A stretch of DNA of 63,873 nt, filler included, from Asterionella formosa (GCA_002256025.1; 12 parts of 12 records of this genome joined end to end with filler, not necessarily neighbours in it); one strand, 5' to 3'. Shown: positions 23,301 through 36,946, counted from the whole stretch's first letter. Made by a program: numbers and translations. The notes: generated from the letters alone by a model not told the origin.

Positions 23301-25430
23301 AGATACTATAAAATGCATACCGGTAGCTGGATTCAACATATCATCCCATAAATCTTAAGGCCTGATTATGGTATCATTTCTTTCTTTGCCTAAGAATGCA
23401 TAAGCTTCATTGCAATTCATTCTCATTTCATTGGTAACCCCAGGATTGGTGGCTGCTGCGAATATACATGACATCATAAGATGAATGTTATCTGATTGCG
23501 GTGGCTGGGTCCTGATGTTTAATCTATGAATGGCTTGAACTAGAACAGGGTATTTCGTTGTCTATCGACAATATATAATTAATAAATACCATGTATGGCA
23601 GGTACCTTATCTTCCTTTGCCAGTACTCTTTCAGCATGATCAACTGATCCTAACAGTGGTATGGCATTCTTTTATGTTGTATTATGGTGATACTCCCATG
23701 ATACAAGTAAATAGCACTCCCTCTGTTTGAAAATAATTGAAGTCAAAACGCCTCCGCCAGTCTTTACTGTTCGCATATTAAGGTTGCGGCCCCGCAGTTA
23801 CACAATACGAGGTCTGTTTTTTTCCAAAATAATTTTATTATGTACTTCAATCCACACAGTACAAGCAACGATAAAAAATAGTTAAAGGTAAAATTAGCTT
23901 TCGCCAATACGACCACTTTGCATATGCTTAGATACAGTCATTCCTCGACTTAGGGGTATGATCTATATGCAGATATGGTGAGCACCTCATTTCTGGAGAG
24001 AAGTGGCAGTTATCCTTCTTGGAATCGTAACTATCCAAAAAATAGTCAAAAAAGGGGGCCATCAAGCTTTTAAAAAAATCTACGAGGGATAACTGCCACT
24101 TCTCTGCAGAAGTTAACTCCTGCTGACGTTATAGGGTACACGGCTATCTATTTCATTCTTCATGAAACCCCGTAGATGTAGAGCAATCCTCCTCCAAAAA
24201 GTCGACCCAATCGGCTTTTTCAACAGTCGCCAAAATATTGGAATCAGAACTTGTATGTGCAAGAACGTTCTCGTATACTTAGAGTCTTGCGTAGGTATGT
24301 TTCGCTGAATAATTCTCAGTCCGAAAAGACTCCAGGGTAAGTTCCCGCGTCACTACACATATTCTGATTGGTTGAAATGAAATTACTCACCTGCTGCAGA
24401 TCGGCTGGAGTATCCCGGTCTTGTAAAATCTCGCCAGCCACACTTGAATCACACGTATTAGATGTACTGAATCCTGGTTGGTAAAATCAGTATCGGTACT
24501 ACCGGTAGTACATCCTGTCCTCCATCATGATGAACCAATATTGTGTACTACCTGATGCTCCGAGTACCGAAATACCGTTTCTCTGGGACTCCGGAAATGA
24601 TTTACATACGGGTATATACCTTTGTGCGTGGAGTGATATTGAAACTACAGACAGCAACGTAGATTCATTATTAACGTATAAACAAGAAGAGCCTTGAGCA
24701 TACACCTTGGCATACTCCTAATTTATGTATTTGTTTTGGCGTTGAGCAAAATTATGTCTATATCCAGCAACCTAGAAAAAGTATAAATGTTTAAATATCT
24801 TTTTTTTTAAATGGAGCTCTATCAATCTGGCCCCGATTCCTATTTAATTCAAATATTCAAATGGATAATCGAATCATGAGAATTCATAGTAGGAAACTCC
24901 CTGTTCCACACCGTTTTTACAACCCTAGCGATATTTTCTCCGAACTAGGGTTAAGCCGGGGCTGCAGCCTTAAGCTAAAATTTAGTTTGTACTGGTAGCT
25001 ACGTTGGCTACTTCATTTAGTTTCAGGATGCACCCAGCCATACATACTTTATTAATTGCATACAAGTGCATATCGCCAAATGCCATTTTACATCAGCCAG
25101 CCACTCAAATGTTTGCGGGAAACTGAATAAAACAAGCCACTTTCATAATAATAACTTGAATAGAATAAATGTTGTTTGTTATACTTTCTATGGTTGTTGC
25201 ACTTACATGGACGATACTGCTGGATATTTAACGGTGATCTCCTCAGAACAAGGCAACATACCGTCATTTTGCTTCTTCCTTCCCATCATCGCCACTTTTG
25301 TGGTTGCGCATTCCATAATTGAAAGTGAGTTGCCGTTTTTCTACAGTTATGTCTTATCATATCTATTATGTGATATCATACCCTTAAATTATGTATGTTG
25401 CCAAATTCTTTATCATATTGGGCCACCCAA

Positions 25431-25900
25431 ATAATTAATTTGGGTGATCACATTTGACTAGCCTTTTTGTGGCAGCTGTAGTACCAATAATCGGAGTTGT
25501 AGATGCATATGGAACCATCCTGTGCCACTTTGTGTACAATACTCTTGATCCTATACTAGTCTATGCATTATACTTTTAATTTGCAGACAAAAGGGGCACA
25601 AGAATTCCTCCAATTAGTGTGAGGAACCTGCAAGCAAATGCATCAAGATGTGAGTCATATATTAGGCTACGTACATAATTAATTTGGGTGATCACATTTG
25701 ACTATCATCTTAGGATTTTTAAGGTGGCTTTAGCAATAATTGGCGTGGTAGATGTTTATGGAACAATCTTGTGCCACTTAGTGTACGATATTCTTGATCC
25801 TTTAGTCTATGCATGATACTTTTAATTTGCAGACACATGGGGCACAAGAAATGCTCCAATTGGTGTGAGAAACCCGCAAGTGAATGCATCAAGCTGTGAG
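25431..25900. repeat. Diverged tandem duplication, ~244 bp unit
   Basis: ATAATTAATTTGGGTGATCACATTTGACTA at 25431 and 25675, with colinear downstream sequence. Confidence 0.9.
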
Positions 25901-26547
25901 TACCGGTATTATTTTTTTAATTTTCATATGTACGCACATCATACCGACATAATTGATGGACACTACCAGGTACCAGGAGCCTGGTACCGGTACTGGTACA
26001 CTGTAAAACAATGGCGCGCCAAAAAATTCCCTTGACGACGAAGCACAAAAATGAATAATGTACGGTAGGAGTAAACTGGTAACAGGTACAGTACCAGTAC
26101 CTCTAGCTACTTCCACATAGGTGCATCATGTTACTCTGGTGCCAGGTAAAAGTACCTAGTACCAGGTACCAGGTACCTAGTACCAGGTACCATCGACCGC
26201 AGTCGAGAACACATTTCTGTACATTCGACCAGCACAGCACAACAATGGCTCGTGAGTTATCAGGAGTACGGTACCTGGTACCAGGTAGGAGTACCAGGGT
26301 ATGCACGTAGATCACCACCACTATACGTTTACTACTATTTTATGCATGACTGGTAGTCACTATTCTACAAATAGAATTCCTAATCATTTCTGTTATTCAA
26401 ACCATGCTTGTCATTTTGTTGGCCTTCAACAAAATAACCGTGATATTATTAGCTTACCGGTAATTCTCCTTCCCTTTCTTGAAACTTACCTACTGATACT
26501 ACTTACAGCACCTCCTCAATCTTTTCAATATTGATTGTGCACCACCA

Positions 26548-26715
26548 TGCCAGTCGATTTCTCCCAGTTCAAAGCCAAACCTGCCACAAAGACCATTACT
26601 GGTTGGCTTTCTGTCAAGAAGCGAGGCAGGGATGATTTGCAGATTGAAAAGGCCAAGAAACAAGCGGAACTTGACCGCAAACGACGCAAGGCCAAAGGAA
26701 AAATGGTTGTGACAG
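26548..26715 (+). CDS. Basic N-terminal fragment of an unknown protein, truncated by the contig end
   Basis: ACCATG start; MPVDFSQFKAKPATK...KKRGR...RKRRKAKGK, open to the gap. Confidence 0.35.
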
Positions 26716-27275
26716 NNNNNNNNNNNNNNNNNNNNNNNNNNNNNNNNNNNNNNNNNNNNTTAATTAATTAANNNNNNNNNNNNNNNNNNNNNNNNNNNNN
26801 NNNNNNNNNNNNNNNAATTTCTCTCGCAGCTGTTGAAATTGATTTTCAATGTCATCAAGACTGGATTGAATTCATCTCCGTCCCCATGGGAAGAATTGAT
26901 ACAAAAAAACTTGTCGTTGAAAGTCGGGAATAAGTTGGGCGTGCTGTCAATCGCTCTTGCCTTTGATGAAATTGATTTTTAATTTCATCGAAAACTTGAT
27001 TGATTTCACCTCCATCGCTATGGGGATTGATATGAACTTGTCGTTGAAAAGCGGGAATGGGTTGGGCTCAGTCCATAGCATGGGCAAACAAACGATGCAT
27101 GTTCCTCTGACTGTCTTTGTTTAGGAGTGAAAAGTCGTTCTTGGAGAGCAATACCTTGTTGTGAAAGTTCTGTTGGCCTGATTCGACGAACAAAGGCTTG
27201 CTTCTTGAGAAAAGCTGAAATTTCTATGTCTCTGTCTCTTTTTTAAAGTTCACTCATGGCATCATCCTTGTCATC

Positions 27276-27567
27276 AGGAGATGAGGAGAGGTAAGCCGAC
27301 ATGCTGGTCAGTGACTGATACTGGTGAAATTAAGGAACTCATGTGGATAATGAACAAGAGGCCGCATAACACGCAAGAGGATGCATCGCTATGAAAATAT
27401 AACTGTTATAAATTGAAGTTAAATTTCTATAAAATGTCAGATGACTAATCTAAAATATCTTGATTATCAGAGCGTGACGACGTTATTATTTATCAAATCG
27501 CCAAAATAATTTGTGTTATAATACACACATGATATAATAATTTTTTATTATCAGAGCGCGCCCACTA
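27276..27567. mobile_element. One end of the TIR family also found at 33756-34623
   Basis: Terminal ...ATGATATAATAATTTTTTATTATCAGAGCGCGCCCACTA plus ~290 bp similar to 34337-34623. Confidence 0.8.
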
Positions 27568-29104
27568 ACACATTCATTCTCATAACAGTTTCCATCTATA
27601 GGATTAGTCATACTGCGTGCTACAGTTACATGTCCAGCCCTAGAAGGGCTGGATGCTCTATAGGGATGACGCCTAGAGGCGTCTTCCCTTTGCCCTAACC
27701 CTAACCCTTACATACCGGTACCAGTAGTTCGCAGTTCATTAAAATCTGGGTACAGCCAGAGTTAGGTACTTTTAATCTGGGTGCCGATATGGAGACGACT
27801 CGTCCATTAATTAATATACTCTTTTCTACAAATCTCTGCGACATAAAATAATCATACATGTTACATGTACTGTTATTGGTACCGGTATGGTATCATATGT
27901 TTGAACGACATCAGTTTATTCTATAAATAATTTCACGTAACAGTGATAGTTTGCAAATACGTTGATGAACAGAACTCATTATGTCAATATAGTGTACAGT
28001 TCCGCACTAATCTAACTCAAATTTTACACCAAAGTACCGTACCGGTATATACCGGTAGGTTACTTACTGCCTGGTTCGTCCCTGGTTCCCTGGTACCTGG
28101 TAGCTGAAGACTACTATCATATCAAGCTTGCTTACAAACTTTCACGACCATAGCTTTACCATGCATTTATTCACCGCCAACTTAAGTACTGTTACTGTAA
28201 CTGTTACTGTTACTACTTTTATCTTGTAGGACCTTTTTTCATTTGTCCTAACCACTCCAATGTAAGACAATATAACCAGAAGCAACACTCCTTTGCGTGG
28301 TTTACTATTAGCTAAGATATCATCAGATGCTACCGGTACAGTAGTAGACGAATTGCAGATTCCAGATCAGAACCTTCATCAGTCGAACCATCAACTGGAC
28401 AGGCAGTCGGCAGTCGGCAGAGAAGGGTGTGTCTGCGTCAGTGTCGAACAGTCATCGATCCCCAGGTCTTCCGTCGCATCAATGATGATCCTCACATCAC
28501 ACCCTGCCTCGTATTTGATTCACTTCTGATACCGGTAGGCGATAAAAGAGTGTAGCGTCGATGTGGTAGACAAAGGATGTATCGGTAAGGACAGCGGTGA
28601 GGCTCTCGACAGAACCTCATGGTGTTTTAATCGTCCTGACGCCAGGTCCCGGTAAATGAGTAATTTAGCTTTGCTTTCCATACTGTACTGCATGTATAGC
28701 AAGGAGTGTCACTTACCGCAACTCCAACAGGTACTGTACTGGTACCAGGTACAATCACTCTGGTAAGTACAACAAAATGCACTTCTACATATTGATATCA
28801 AAAGACAAACAACCGGTTCTAACACATTCATTCTCATACCAGTTTCCATCTATAGGATTAGTCATACTCTGTGCTGCAGTTACATGCCCAGCCCTAGAAG
28901 GGCTGGATGCTGGAAAAGCCCTAACCCTAACATTTATATTTTATGTTCAAGGAGCAAGTTGATATTTGTACCTGTTATCGTCCCTTTTCCCTAACCCTAA
29001 CCGTTATAAGGAGAATATTTTGTACCAGCGCAACGTAAGCTACTATAATTATTATTTTGATGCAACCAGCCTTAGAGGCGTCGTCCCTTTTCCCTAACCC
29101 TAAC
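27567..29104. repeat. Repeat module with GC hairpins and short (CCCTAA)2-3 tracts
   Basis: 27567-27657 matches 28821-28911; CCCTAACCCTAA occurs at ~27693, ~28918, ~28989 and ~29092. Confidence 0.75.
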
Positions 29105-29160
29105 TGTTCGCCTACCAGTAGAAAATGGAATGGGAATGACTGGCCTTGGTTCCTGTGAAC

Positions 29161-31713
29161 TCAAAGGATTGCACAAAAAAGACTTGTTGCACTTCCATGA
29201 AACAGCATAATTCCAATAATCACTGCAATACCAATAATCATTGCAACTACTGTTGTTGCAACACCTTTGTAGTAATCAGGATAACTTTTCAAGATCAAAA
29301 GTGCCTCTTTACCTTTTTCGCGAACATCAGCAACTTCATCATGCTCACTCAAAGCAGAGTTGATTGCATTTTTTCCACCCTTATTGACAATTGTTACTTT
29401 GTTCTTGTAGTTGTTCAAAGCCAAGTTCCCAAGTGCTAAACAGCCGCAGTGTTGAACATTAGCATTAATTAGAAACTCCTTCATAGCAGACAGAATTGTG
29501 GTGATACCATCTTTACCAATTGCCTCACTGTACTCATTATACACAGCCCAGCTCCCAAGTGCAAAACAACCGTAGTGTTGAACATTAGGACTCAAATTGC
29601 ACTTCTTCATAGCCGAGAGAATTACAGTGATACCATTTGATGCAACAATCTCAGACCTGTACTCTTCATTCACAGCCAATTTCCCAAGTACTAAACAACC
29701 ATAGTGTTGAACCTCAGCATTTTCAGGATGTTGATTCATAGCAGACAGAATGCTAGGGATACCTTCGTTTTTAATAACCTCGGTCCCGCAGCAATGATTC
29801 AAAGCTAAGTCCCCAAAGAGTAAACAACCATAGTTTTGAACATTAGCATTCGATAGACAATTTTTCATAGCAGATAGAATTGCAGCGATACCATGTTCTT
29901 TAACAATCGCAACCCTGTTGCTGTCAGTCACAGCCAATTCGTGAAGCTTCATGAGTAATCTTCCTTTCTCAGTAGAATTGGGATTCCCGTTCATGTCATG
30001 AATAATTTCAGCAATATCCATTGCATTTCTCATTGTTTCATCACCGTAGCCAGTATTCAAGATCAAAAGTGCTTTACGACCATTTTCTTGAAAACCAGTA
30101 TTGGCCTTGTGCTTTTTCATAGCAGAGTAAATTGCAACTTTTCCATCAGCGTCGACAATTGCTACCCTGTTACTGTCTTTCACAGCCAAATTCTCAAGTA
30201 CTAAGCAAGCATGGTTTTGAACATTAGCATTGTCAGAATGTTTATTCATCGCAGACAGAATTGTAGCGATACCTTCTGTTTTAACAATCGCAGACCTGTT
30301 GCTGTCACTCACTGCCAATTTCCCAAGTACTAGACAACCATAATGTTGAACCTCAGCAACGTCAGAGTGCTCATTCATAGCAAACAGAATTTTAGTGATA
30401 CCTTCTTCCTTAACAATCTTGTTTACGTAGTCATCATTCATTGCCAATTTCCCAAGTACGGCACAACCGTAGTGTTGAACCTTAGTATTCTTTGTATTAT
30501 CTTTCATTGCAGACAGAATTGTAGCGATGCCTTGTTCTTCAACAATCGCAACCCTGTTGCTGTCATTTACAGCAAAATTCTGAAGCTCCATGAGACCTTC
30601 TTCTTGCACTGAAGCATCCGGATTGTTTTTCATGTTTTTAATAATTTCAGCAGATATCATTGCCACTACCGTTTTTTCATCACCTCTACAGTAGCTAGAA
30701 TACAACGTCGAAAGTGCTTTATGACCATTTCCTTGAACATCATCATTGGTCTTGTGCTGTTTCATTGCAGAATTAATTCTGTCTTTTCCTCTAGCATTTA
30801 TAATCGCCACCTTGTGGCTGTTATTCTCAGCCAAGTTCGCAAGTACTAAGCAACCATAGCTTTGAACATTAGCAATGTGAGAATGTTCCTTCATAGCAAA
30901 AAGAATTGCAGCGATACCTCCTTTTTCAACAATTGCAGACCTGTTGCTGTCACTCACTGCCAAGTTCCCAAGTACTAAGCAAGCATGGTGTTGAACATTA
31001 GCATTGTCAGAATGTTTTTTCATAGCAGACAGAATTGTAGCGATACCTTCTGTTTTAACAATCGCAGACCTGTTGCTGTCACTCACTGCCAATTTCCAAA
31101 GTACTAAACAACCATAGTGTTGAACCTTAGCAACGTCAGAATGCTCATTCATAGCAAAAAGAATTTTAGTGATACCTTCTTCCTTAACAATCTTGTTTAC
31201 GTAGTCATCATTCATTGCCAATTTCTCAAGTACGGCACAACCGTAGTGTTGAACCTCAGCAATGTGTTTACGAAAATTCATAGCAAGCAGAATTGAATTG
31301 ATACCGTTTTCTTCAACAATCTTACACCTGTTGCTGATCGTCAGAGCCAAGTTCTCAAGCCTTATGAGATTTTCTTTGACCACAGCAGCATCCTGATTCC
31401 CGTTCATGCTTTGAATAATATTAGTAATTGAAAGCTGAGGTAATGGAGTCGTCGTTTGAGCGGTAGGCCCTTGGGTATGAACAGGAGGTTGCTGAGGCGT
31501 TGGACCTTGGGTTGTCTCATGTGTAGTCCCTTGGGGAGGGCAGTGAGGGCAGCGCTCTAGCAATGTCTTCCATTTCAATCTCCATGTCCTCTCGCGAAGC
31601 CGAATGTTTGGATGATAAGGACAGAATCCATTCATCTGATAGGTACGTCGTTCCTGAGCTTCAGTCACCTCAGCGTTGGTAACATTAACTGTAGGACTCA
31701 CTGCCAAATTCAT
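29161..31713 (-). CDS. CHCC-finger + multi-armadillo-repeat protein with a C-terminal transmembrane helix
   Basis: Intronless ORF (open from 31794, first ATG 31713) with CPYH-x20-CPHC, a P/T/Q linker, 43-aa ARM repeats, a 774-nt-offset block duplication and a hydrophobic tail (VVAMIIGIAVIIGIMLF). Confidence 0.88.
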   Translation of the reverse strand: MNLAVSPTVNVTNAEVTEAQERRTYQMNGFCPYHPNIRLRERTWRLKWKTLLERCPHCPPQGTTHETTQGPTPQQPPVHTQGPTAQTTTPLPQLSITNIIQSMNGNQDAAVVKENLIRLENLALTISNRCKIVEENGINSILLAMNFRKHIAEVQHYGCAVLEKLAMNDDYVNKIVKEEGITKILFAMNEHSDVAKVQHYGCLVLWKLAVSDSNRSAIVKTEGIATILSAMKKHSDNANVQHHACLVLGNLAVSDSNRSAIVEKGGIAAILFAMKEHSHIANVQSYGCLVLANLAENNSHKVAIINARGKDRINSAMKQHKTNDDVQGNGHKALSTLYSSYCRGDEKTVVAMISAEIIKNMKNNPDASVQEEGLMELQNFAVNDSNRVAIVEEQGIATILSAMKDNTKNTKVQHYGCAVLGKLAMNDDYVNKIVKEEGITKILFAMNEHSDVAEVQHYGCLVLGKLAVSDSNRSAIVKTEGIATILSAMNKHSDNANVQNHACLVLENLAVKDSNRVAIVDADGKVAIYSAMKKHKANTGFQENGRKALLILNTGYGDETMRNAMDIAEIIHDMNGNPNSTEKGRLLMKLHELAVTDSNRVAIVKEHGIAAILSAMKNCLSNANVQNYGCLLFGDLALNHCCGTEVIKNEGIPSILSAMNQHPENAEVQHYGCLVLGKLAVNEEYRSEIVASNGITVILSAMKKCNLSPNVQHYGCFALGSWAVYNEYSEAIGKDGITTILSAMKEFLINANVQHCGCLALGNLALNNYKNKVTIVNKGGKNAINSALSEHDEVADVREKGKEALLILKSYPDYYKGVATTVVAMIIGIAVIIGIMLFHGSATSLFCAIL

Positions 31714-32061
31714 GTTTGATTTGATTGTTGAGGGATTGGGAAAAGTGTCCTTTTGTACTATCGCACGTGTGTTAAAACGACTTGGTTTTCTCACTTGACG
31801 TAGAAGGCCGTTGCTAACGGTGAACCAAAACGCAAACCAAACGGTGTTTTGGTTTCGGAAATCTCAAAAACGATGCTATCGGGAGTGAAAACCCCAACGC
31901 AAACGCATTACGTTTAGGGGATTCCGTGCCCATATTCCAATAAGTTACCCAAACGCATTACGTTTAGGTTTTTTTTCCCAAAGTTACCTAAACGTAGGAT
32001 TCCATATTGACTACTTTGAATGTAGTCGCTAGAAACCCAATTATTATCATCGTAGAATTTT

Positions 32062-32062
<1 letters not shown>

Positions 32063-32125
<63 letters not shown>
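32063..32125. repeat. (CAA)n microsatellite at the contig end
   Basis: Perfect CAA run of about 21 units. Confidence 0.98.
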
Positions 32126-32225
32126 NNNNNNNNNNNNNNNNNNNNNNNNNNNNNNNNNNNNNNNNNNNNTTAATTAATTAANNNNNNNNNNNNNNNNNNN
32201 NNNNNNNNNNNNNNNNNNNNNNNNN

Positions 32226-32803
32226 ACCTTGCACTGGGCCTTCATGTCATCAGAAGAGATCATCGTGATGTGAGGGTCCATGCGAGCGACAGGAATCACC
32301 TGCTGGATGGTAGTGCGATCCATTCCAATAACGGCCTCGTCAAACTGGCGGGAACGATAACAATCATGACGGTAGCGAGACTTTCCATTCACACGGTCTA
32401 GAATGGAGGAAGAAATGATCTCCAAAAGACGCTCGTGAGGAGACGTCCAGTCCATGCACACACTGTCGTCCTCAACCGTGAAGACGGGGTTTTGCTCGCC
32501 GCTTGCGCGTTGAACCCAGTCTTTGCATATAGAAATGTAGGAAGGGATTTCGAGGAGTGCATCAATAGCAGGGGGGTTTGGCATATCCAAAGCCATCTGC
32601 TTATCCAAGGCGTACACGTTATGAACGCACTTCACGGCAAGCTTGCGAAGTCCACCGCTGCTAAAAAGATCCATTGGACTGACAAGGCCAAGAATCACCA
32701 TTAGTGGCAAACCCAAGATAACAAGTGCTCTACGCTGGCACGTTCCTTTCTGGCCGGGACGCGATGGTGGGCTCACAGCCGCAGAAGAGTAAGGACGCAA
32801 CAT
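32226..32803 (-). CDS. Type II membrane/secreted protein of unknown function, paralog A (3' truncated)
   Basis: N-terminal TM segment ALVILGLPLMVILGLV and Cys-containing ectodomain; paralog at 36947. Confidence 0.8.
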
Positions 32804-33755
32804 GCTTGCTGTGATTCGAACTTCAGCTCAATCAAAAATGTGTCTTTTTAGTTGCCTGAAACTACTTTTTAGTAAACAACCATGTTATATTGTTTGCTAA
32901 TATATTCCAGGATGATTTGATTTGTGCGTGTGTGTGTTCTTGAGGAATGACTTAGACGCGATTCTACATGACTCACCATAACATTTCTTTTCAAAACGCT
33001 GATGTCGTCAATCTAGATCGACATGGTCGAAGTCATGTGACCACCCCAATGCCAGCATTGTGTCTTCTAACTACGGAATTTGACATTTTAACCAAATATA
33101 ATGTCTATATGTACATGCGGCCATTGTCTCTCCACTGGTACCAAGAAAAAAGTACTCGGTATACATATCCTTTAAACTTTCCTAACTAAACGTGGTACCG
33201 GTACTGCAATGCCAGCGCAACCACTATGCCTCGACTGTCTATCAGAACTCAACAATCCAACAACCGACAACATGTCAGGCTGGCCTTGTTATTTAGCTCT
33301 ACCTGGCCTTCCTACCATCAAGGAAGTCTCACAATCATTGACTCGACCTCCCCCAATTCTAGGACTATGTATCTTTACTTGGGAATTAGACATTTCAATT
33401 GGGAATGATGTCCCTATCCTCAATGGTAATGTCAGTCCAAGTGAATAACAAAGTTCCACAATCACCTTGACCTTTGCGATATTCCAGGCTTAGGTATTGA
33501 CTTTCTAGAATTCGACAGCATATCATGCATAATAATTGCTTCAAGATTACAATGCTCCACATCCATCTGCCCTTTTGTCTTCTGTGGCCAGGTGTTGCAT
33601 GCTGACCATGTAGGAGCCAAGAAGAAGCGCCCAATTTGCAAACTTTACAGAAGCTTGGTTGCTGGGCCTTCAAATTTCTGACACCAATTCAGCATTTAAA
33701 TTAAGGCAAATGTTCCCAAATTGGTAGTTTTGATACCAATCTGTAACAGTATTGG

Positions 33756-34623
33756 TAGTGGGCGCGCTCTGATAATAAAAAATTATTATATCATGTGTAT
33801 TATAACACAAATCGTTGTACCCTACCAGGTTTACCAAATTTGGTCAACACAAACACAAATTCTTTACAGTTATAAATAACAGTGCATTATACAAAAAGAT
33901 GTTTAGACATGAATGACTATATAGAATTTCCCGGAATATTTCAAGACTTGCTTGCTCATACTCAAAATGGCTTGCTCTTGCCAAAATAGGTATGCATATA
34001 CATATGCATATCGTTACATATCAGTCAACCTCCTCAATAAATCGATCGTCATCGCTTTTAGATTTCGGCCATGTCTTCATCTCCTTCTGGTCAAAGGAGA
34101 GCAGCCAGGGAGGGCTTCCCTTCCTCTCCAAGGCTGCTTGAATGTCGCCGTCACCAGCAACAAGAACAACAACAGACTCAACCAGAAGAAGAGGAGGAGG
34201 ACGACGACGAGAATGAAGATGACACTGGTGTTGATGAGTTTGCCAGTGACGATGAGGACAGTAGGATAGGTGTCCCAGGTGTTTCTCAGATTGGTGTTTC
34301 TTGGTTTACTCAGTCCCCATCAAGGAACATCATCATCAGGAGATGAGGTGAAAGTCGACATGGTCAGTGACCAACAATGATGAATATATAGAACTCAAGC
34401 ATATAATGAACAAGAGGCGGCATAGCATACAAGAGGATGCATCGATATGAAAATTTAACTGTTGAAAATTAAAGTTAAAAATATATATAATGTCAGAGAA
34501 GTAATCTAAAATATCTCTATTATCAGAGCGCAAGGACAATATTATGTAGCAGATCACCAGAATAATTATTGTTATAATACACACATGATATAATAATTTT
34601 TTATTATCAGAGCGCGCCCACCA
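33756..34623. mobile_element. ~870-bp non-autonomous TIR element with TAG-initiated (hAT-like) ends
   Basis: ~50-bp TIRs TAGTGGGCGCGCTCTGATAATAAAAAATTATTATATCATGTGT at both ends; no clear TSD, so the superfamily is uncertain. Confidence 0.8.
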
Positions 34624-36946
34624 GTAAGCCTTTCAAACTCTGGGGTGCACATTTGTACATAAAGTTTATGATGATGTATGCTATGACGCACATCAGAGTC
34701 AATAAAAGTACCCAATTATACTTCCAAATTGGTTACTTATTAGGAACCCAAGCAATTGGTACTACCACCAAAATGGTAGTGCCAATTTGTAGCAATATTG
34801 CTCTGGCTAGTATATATATACATGTAATTAGTTGTAAATTTATTATAATGTAATCATAGCTAGCCATCATCTGCTCTTTCATGTGGATCTAGCTTGATTG
34901 TTCTTGACACCAAGCATAACCTTACCCGCATTGAGTTGATAGTGCCATGATGAAAATTTAATGAATTATTCACAAACAATGTTTGCAATATTATGCATCA
35001 AAAAGTAGCTACTGTCAATTTGCGACTACTAGCTGGCTACTATTTGCCAGTGCACACAACCTTTTTTAGCATTATACTTGAGATACCAGTACCATACAAT
35101 AATCATGAATGATATACCTGTATACTGCAGTAAATACTATATGCTGCCTGCTGCCCTCCCATGTATAATAATGGAATTTCGTTTGTTGCATTCTTTCTAT
35201 TTCCGCCCAACCATATCGTTATCCTCCTATCAATTCTGAGAAAGGGCTGAATGGAACCTGACAACAACAATCATTTTGACAAATATGAGAATCTATTCGA
35301 GTTTAAACTTGAAGATGCCGTTCTAAAATCGAGGAAATTTTTGAAACGACTCATTGAAGTCGATGAAAGCTCATTTGTGTCCACTTCCAAATCCGATGAT
35401 TTCGAAAATGTTAACAATTCGCACTAAGAGCACAGAAACTATTGCCAGTCTTCTTGTAGGATTGGCATCACATTGGCATCGAAAGAAACCAGAGGGTACA
35501 TACATGTACTTGTATGGAAATCAAATAGACGAACACGGAAACTATCACTGGACCACCAGTACTAACATTGGCTTGTTGGATTAGCGTCACATTAGTACCT
35601 ACAAGAGATGGAGGTTACATGCTGCATGTACTTGTAATTGCCAGCACCTGCTGAATTTTGTAATGATCATCGGGATCCCCACCAAAGATTGCCCATTAAG
35701 AGTATAATGTGAAAATAACAGGGAAATTTAACCAAAGAGGGGAGGGGAGCATTCAAGACATTCATTTGTTGTTTTTGGTGGAGTTGACAAACTTTAGGCT
35801 CCACATGAGGAATTGACTGCTCTCCAAACCTTTTCTGTGAAGTTCATGTAGTTTGCCAGTTGAATGTTGGTATCATCACCTTGACACAAATAAGTAAATA
35901 CTTATGGCTGGATATAAACTCCGGAAACCCTGGGTACTAGCCTTTTGTAGGCCTGGTATGATATCAATTAACCATACTCCAAAATATTGATTATTGCACC
36001 TAGTAATATTGCCAGAAAAATGCCAATCACAATGGTGCTCAGATGTTGTTGCTTTTTTCATTTGGTCATTGTGCTCAGCCCCTGCAAAGGCTGACAAGTA
36101 GAAACAACTCTTGTAAGGGGCTCATGCACACTAAGGCAACAGTTTTGACAGGCTTCACATTTGTCAGCATCAATACTAGTTTTGACAGCCAGGCTTCACA
36201 TTTGTCAGCATCAATACCTGCATCCATGAGTACACAAATGGCAATACAATCAATCAATTCTCAGTTGATAAATAACTTGTTTCACATCTTTTGCTTCAAA
36301 GAATAATGTTATTTTTTGAGACATCATATTTGCTGTGCAGCTACTGTGAAAATGTCAAATCTTTTCGAAGCATTATCATTTTGAATTGTCCTTCTCTATT
36401 GTCGAAATCAATTTTCGTTGTCAATAATGTTTGTTACAATAATCCTTTTATGATTGTTTTCTAAGTCATGCTTGATTAATACATTTGCACTGATACCAAA
36501 TATATGAACATGTGGTTCTACATTTTGGTGGAGATCTATTATTCGCTTTTTCGTCATGGTGAAGACTGAGACAACAAGATGAATCCAGCCATATTGCATG
36601 AAGGCAAATACCGTACCTGGTACCAGGTACCAGATGACTGAACAACATAATGTAGGCATTATCCCTCCAGCATATGTCCGCGGAACTTTGTTGAACTGGC
36701 ATACTGCTGGTATTGCCGCTATTTGCAAGATGGTCACATGCCAAAATGTTTCTTGAAAACCGCCCCTCTTTTATTGGTGTCATTTCTTATAATACACATC
36801 ATTATTTTCTATTTAAAAATACTGTACGGATAGTGTACCGGTTTATGCGATAAAGACTCCCAATATTTATTACGATTGTTGCAATTTATATCTACGAGGT
36901 CACAAATTCCCTGTCAATAAGAAACCAGCAATCGATTTGAGCAATC

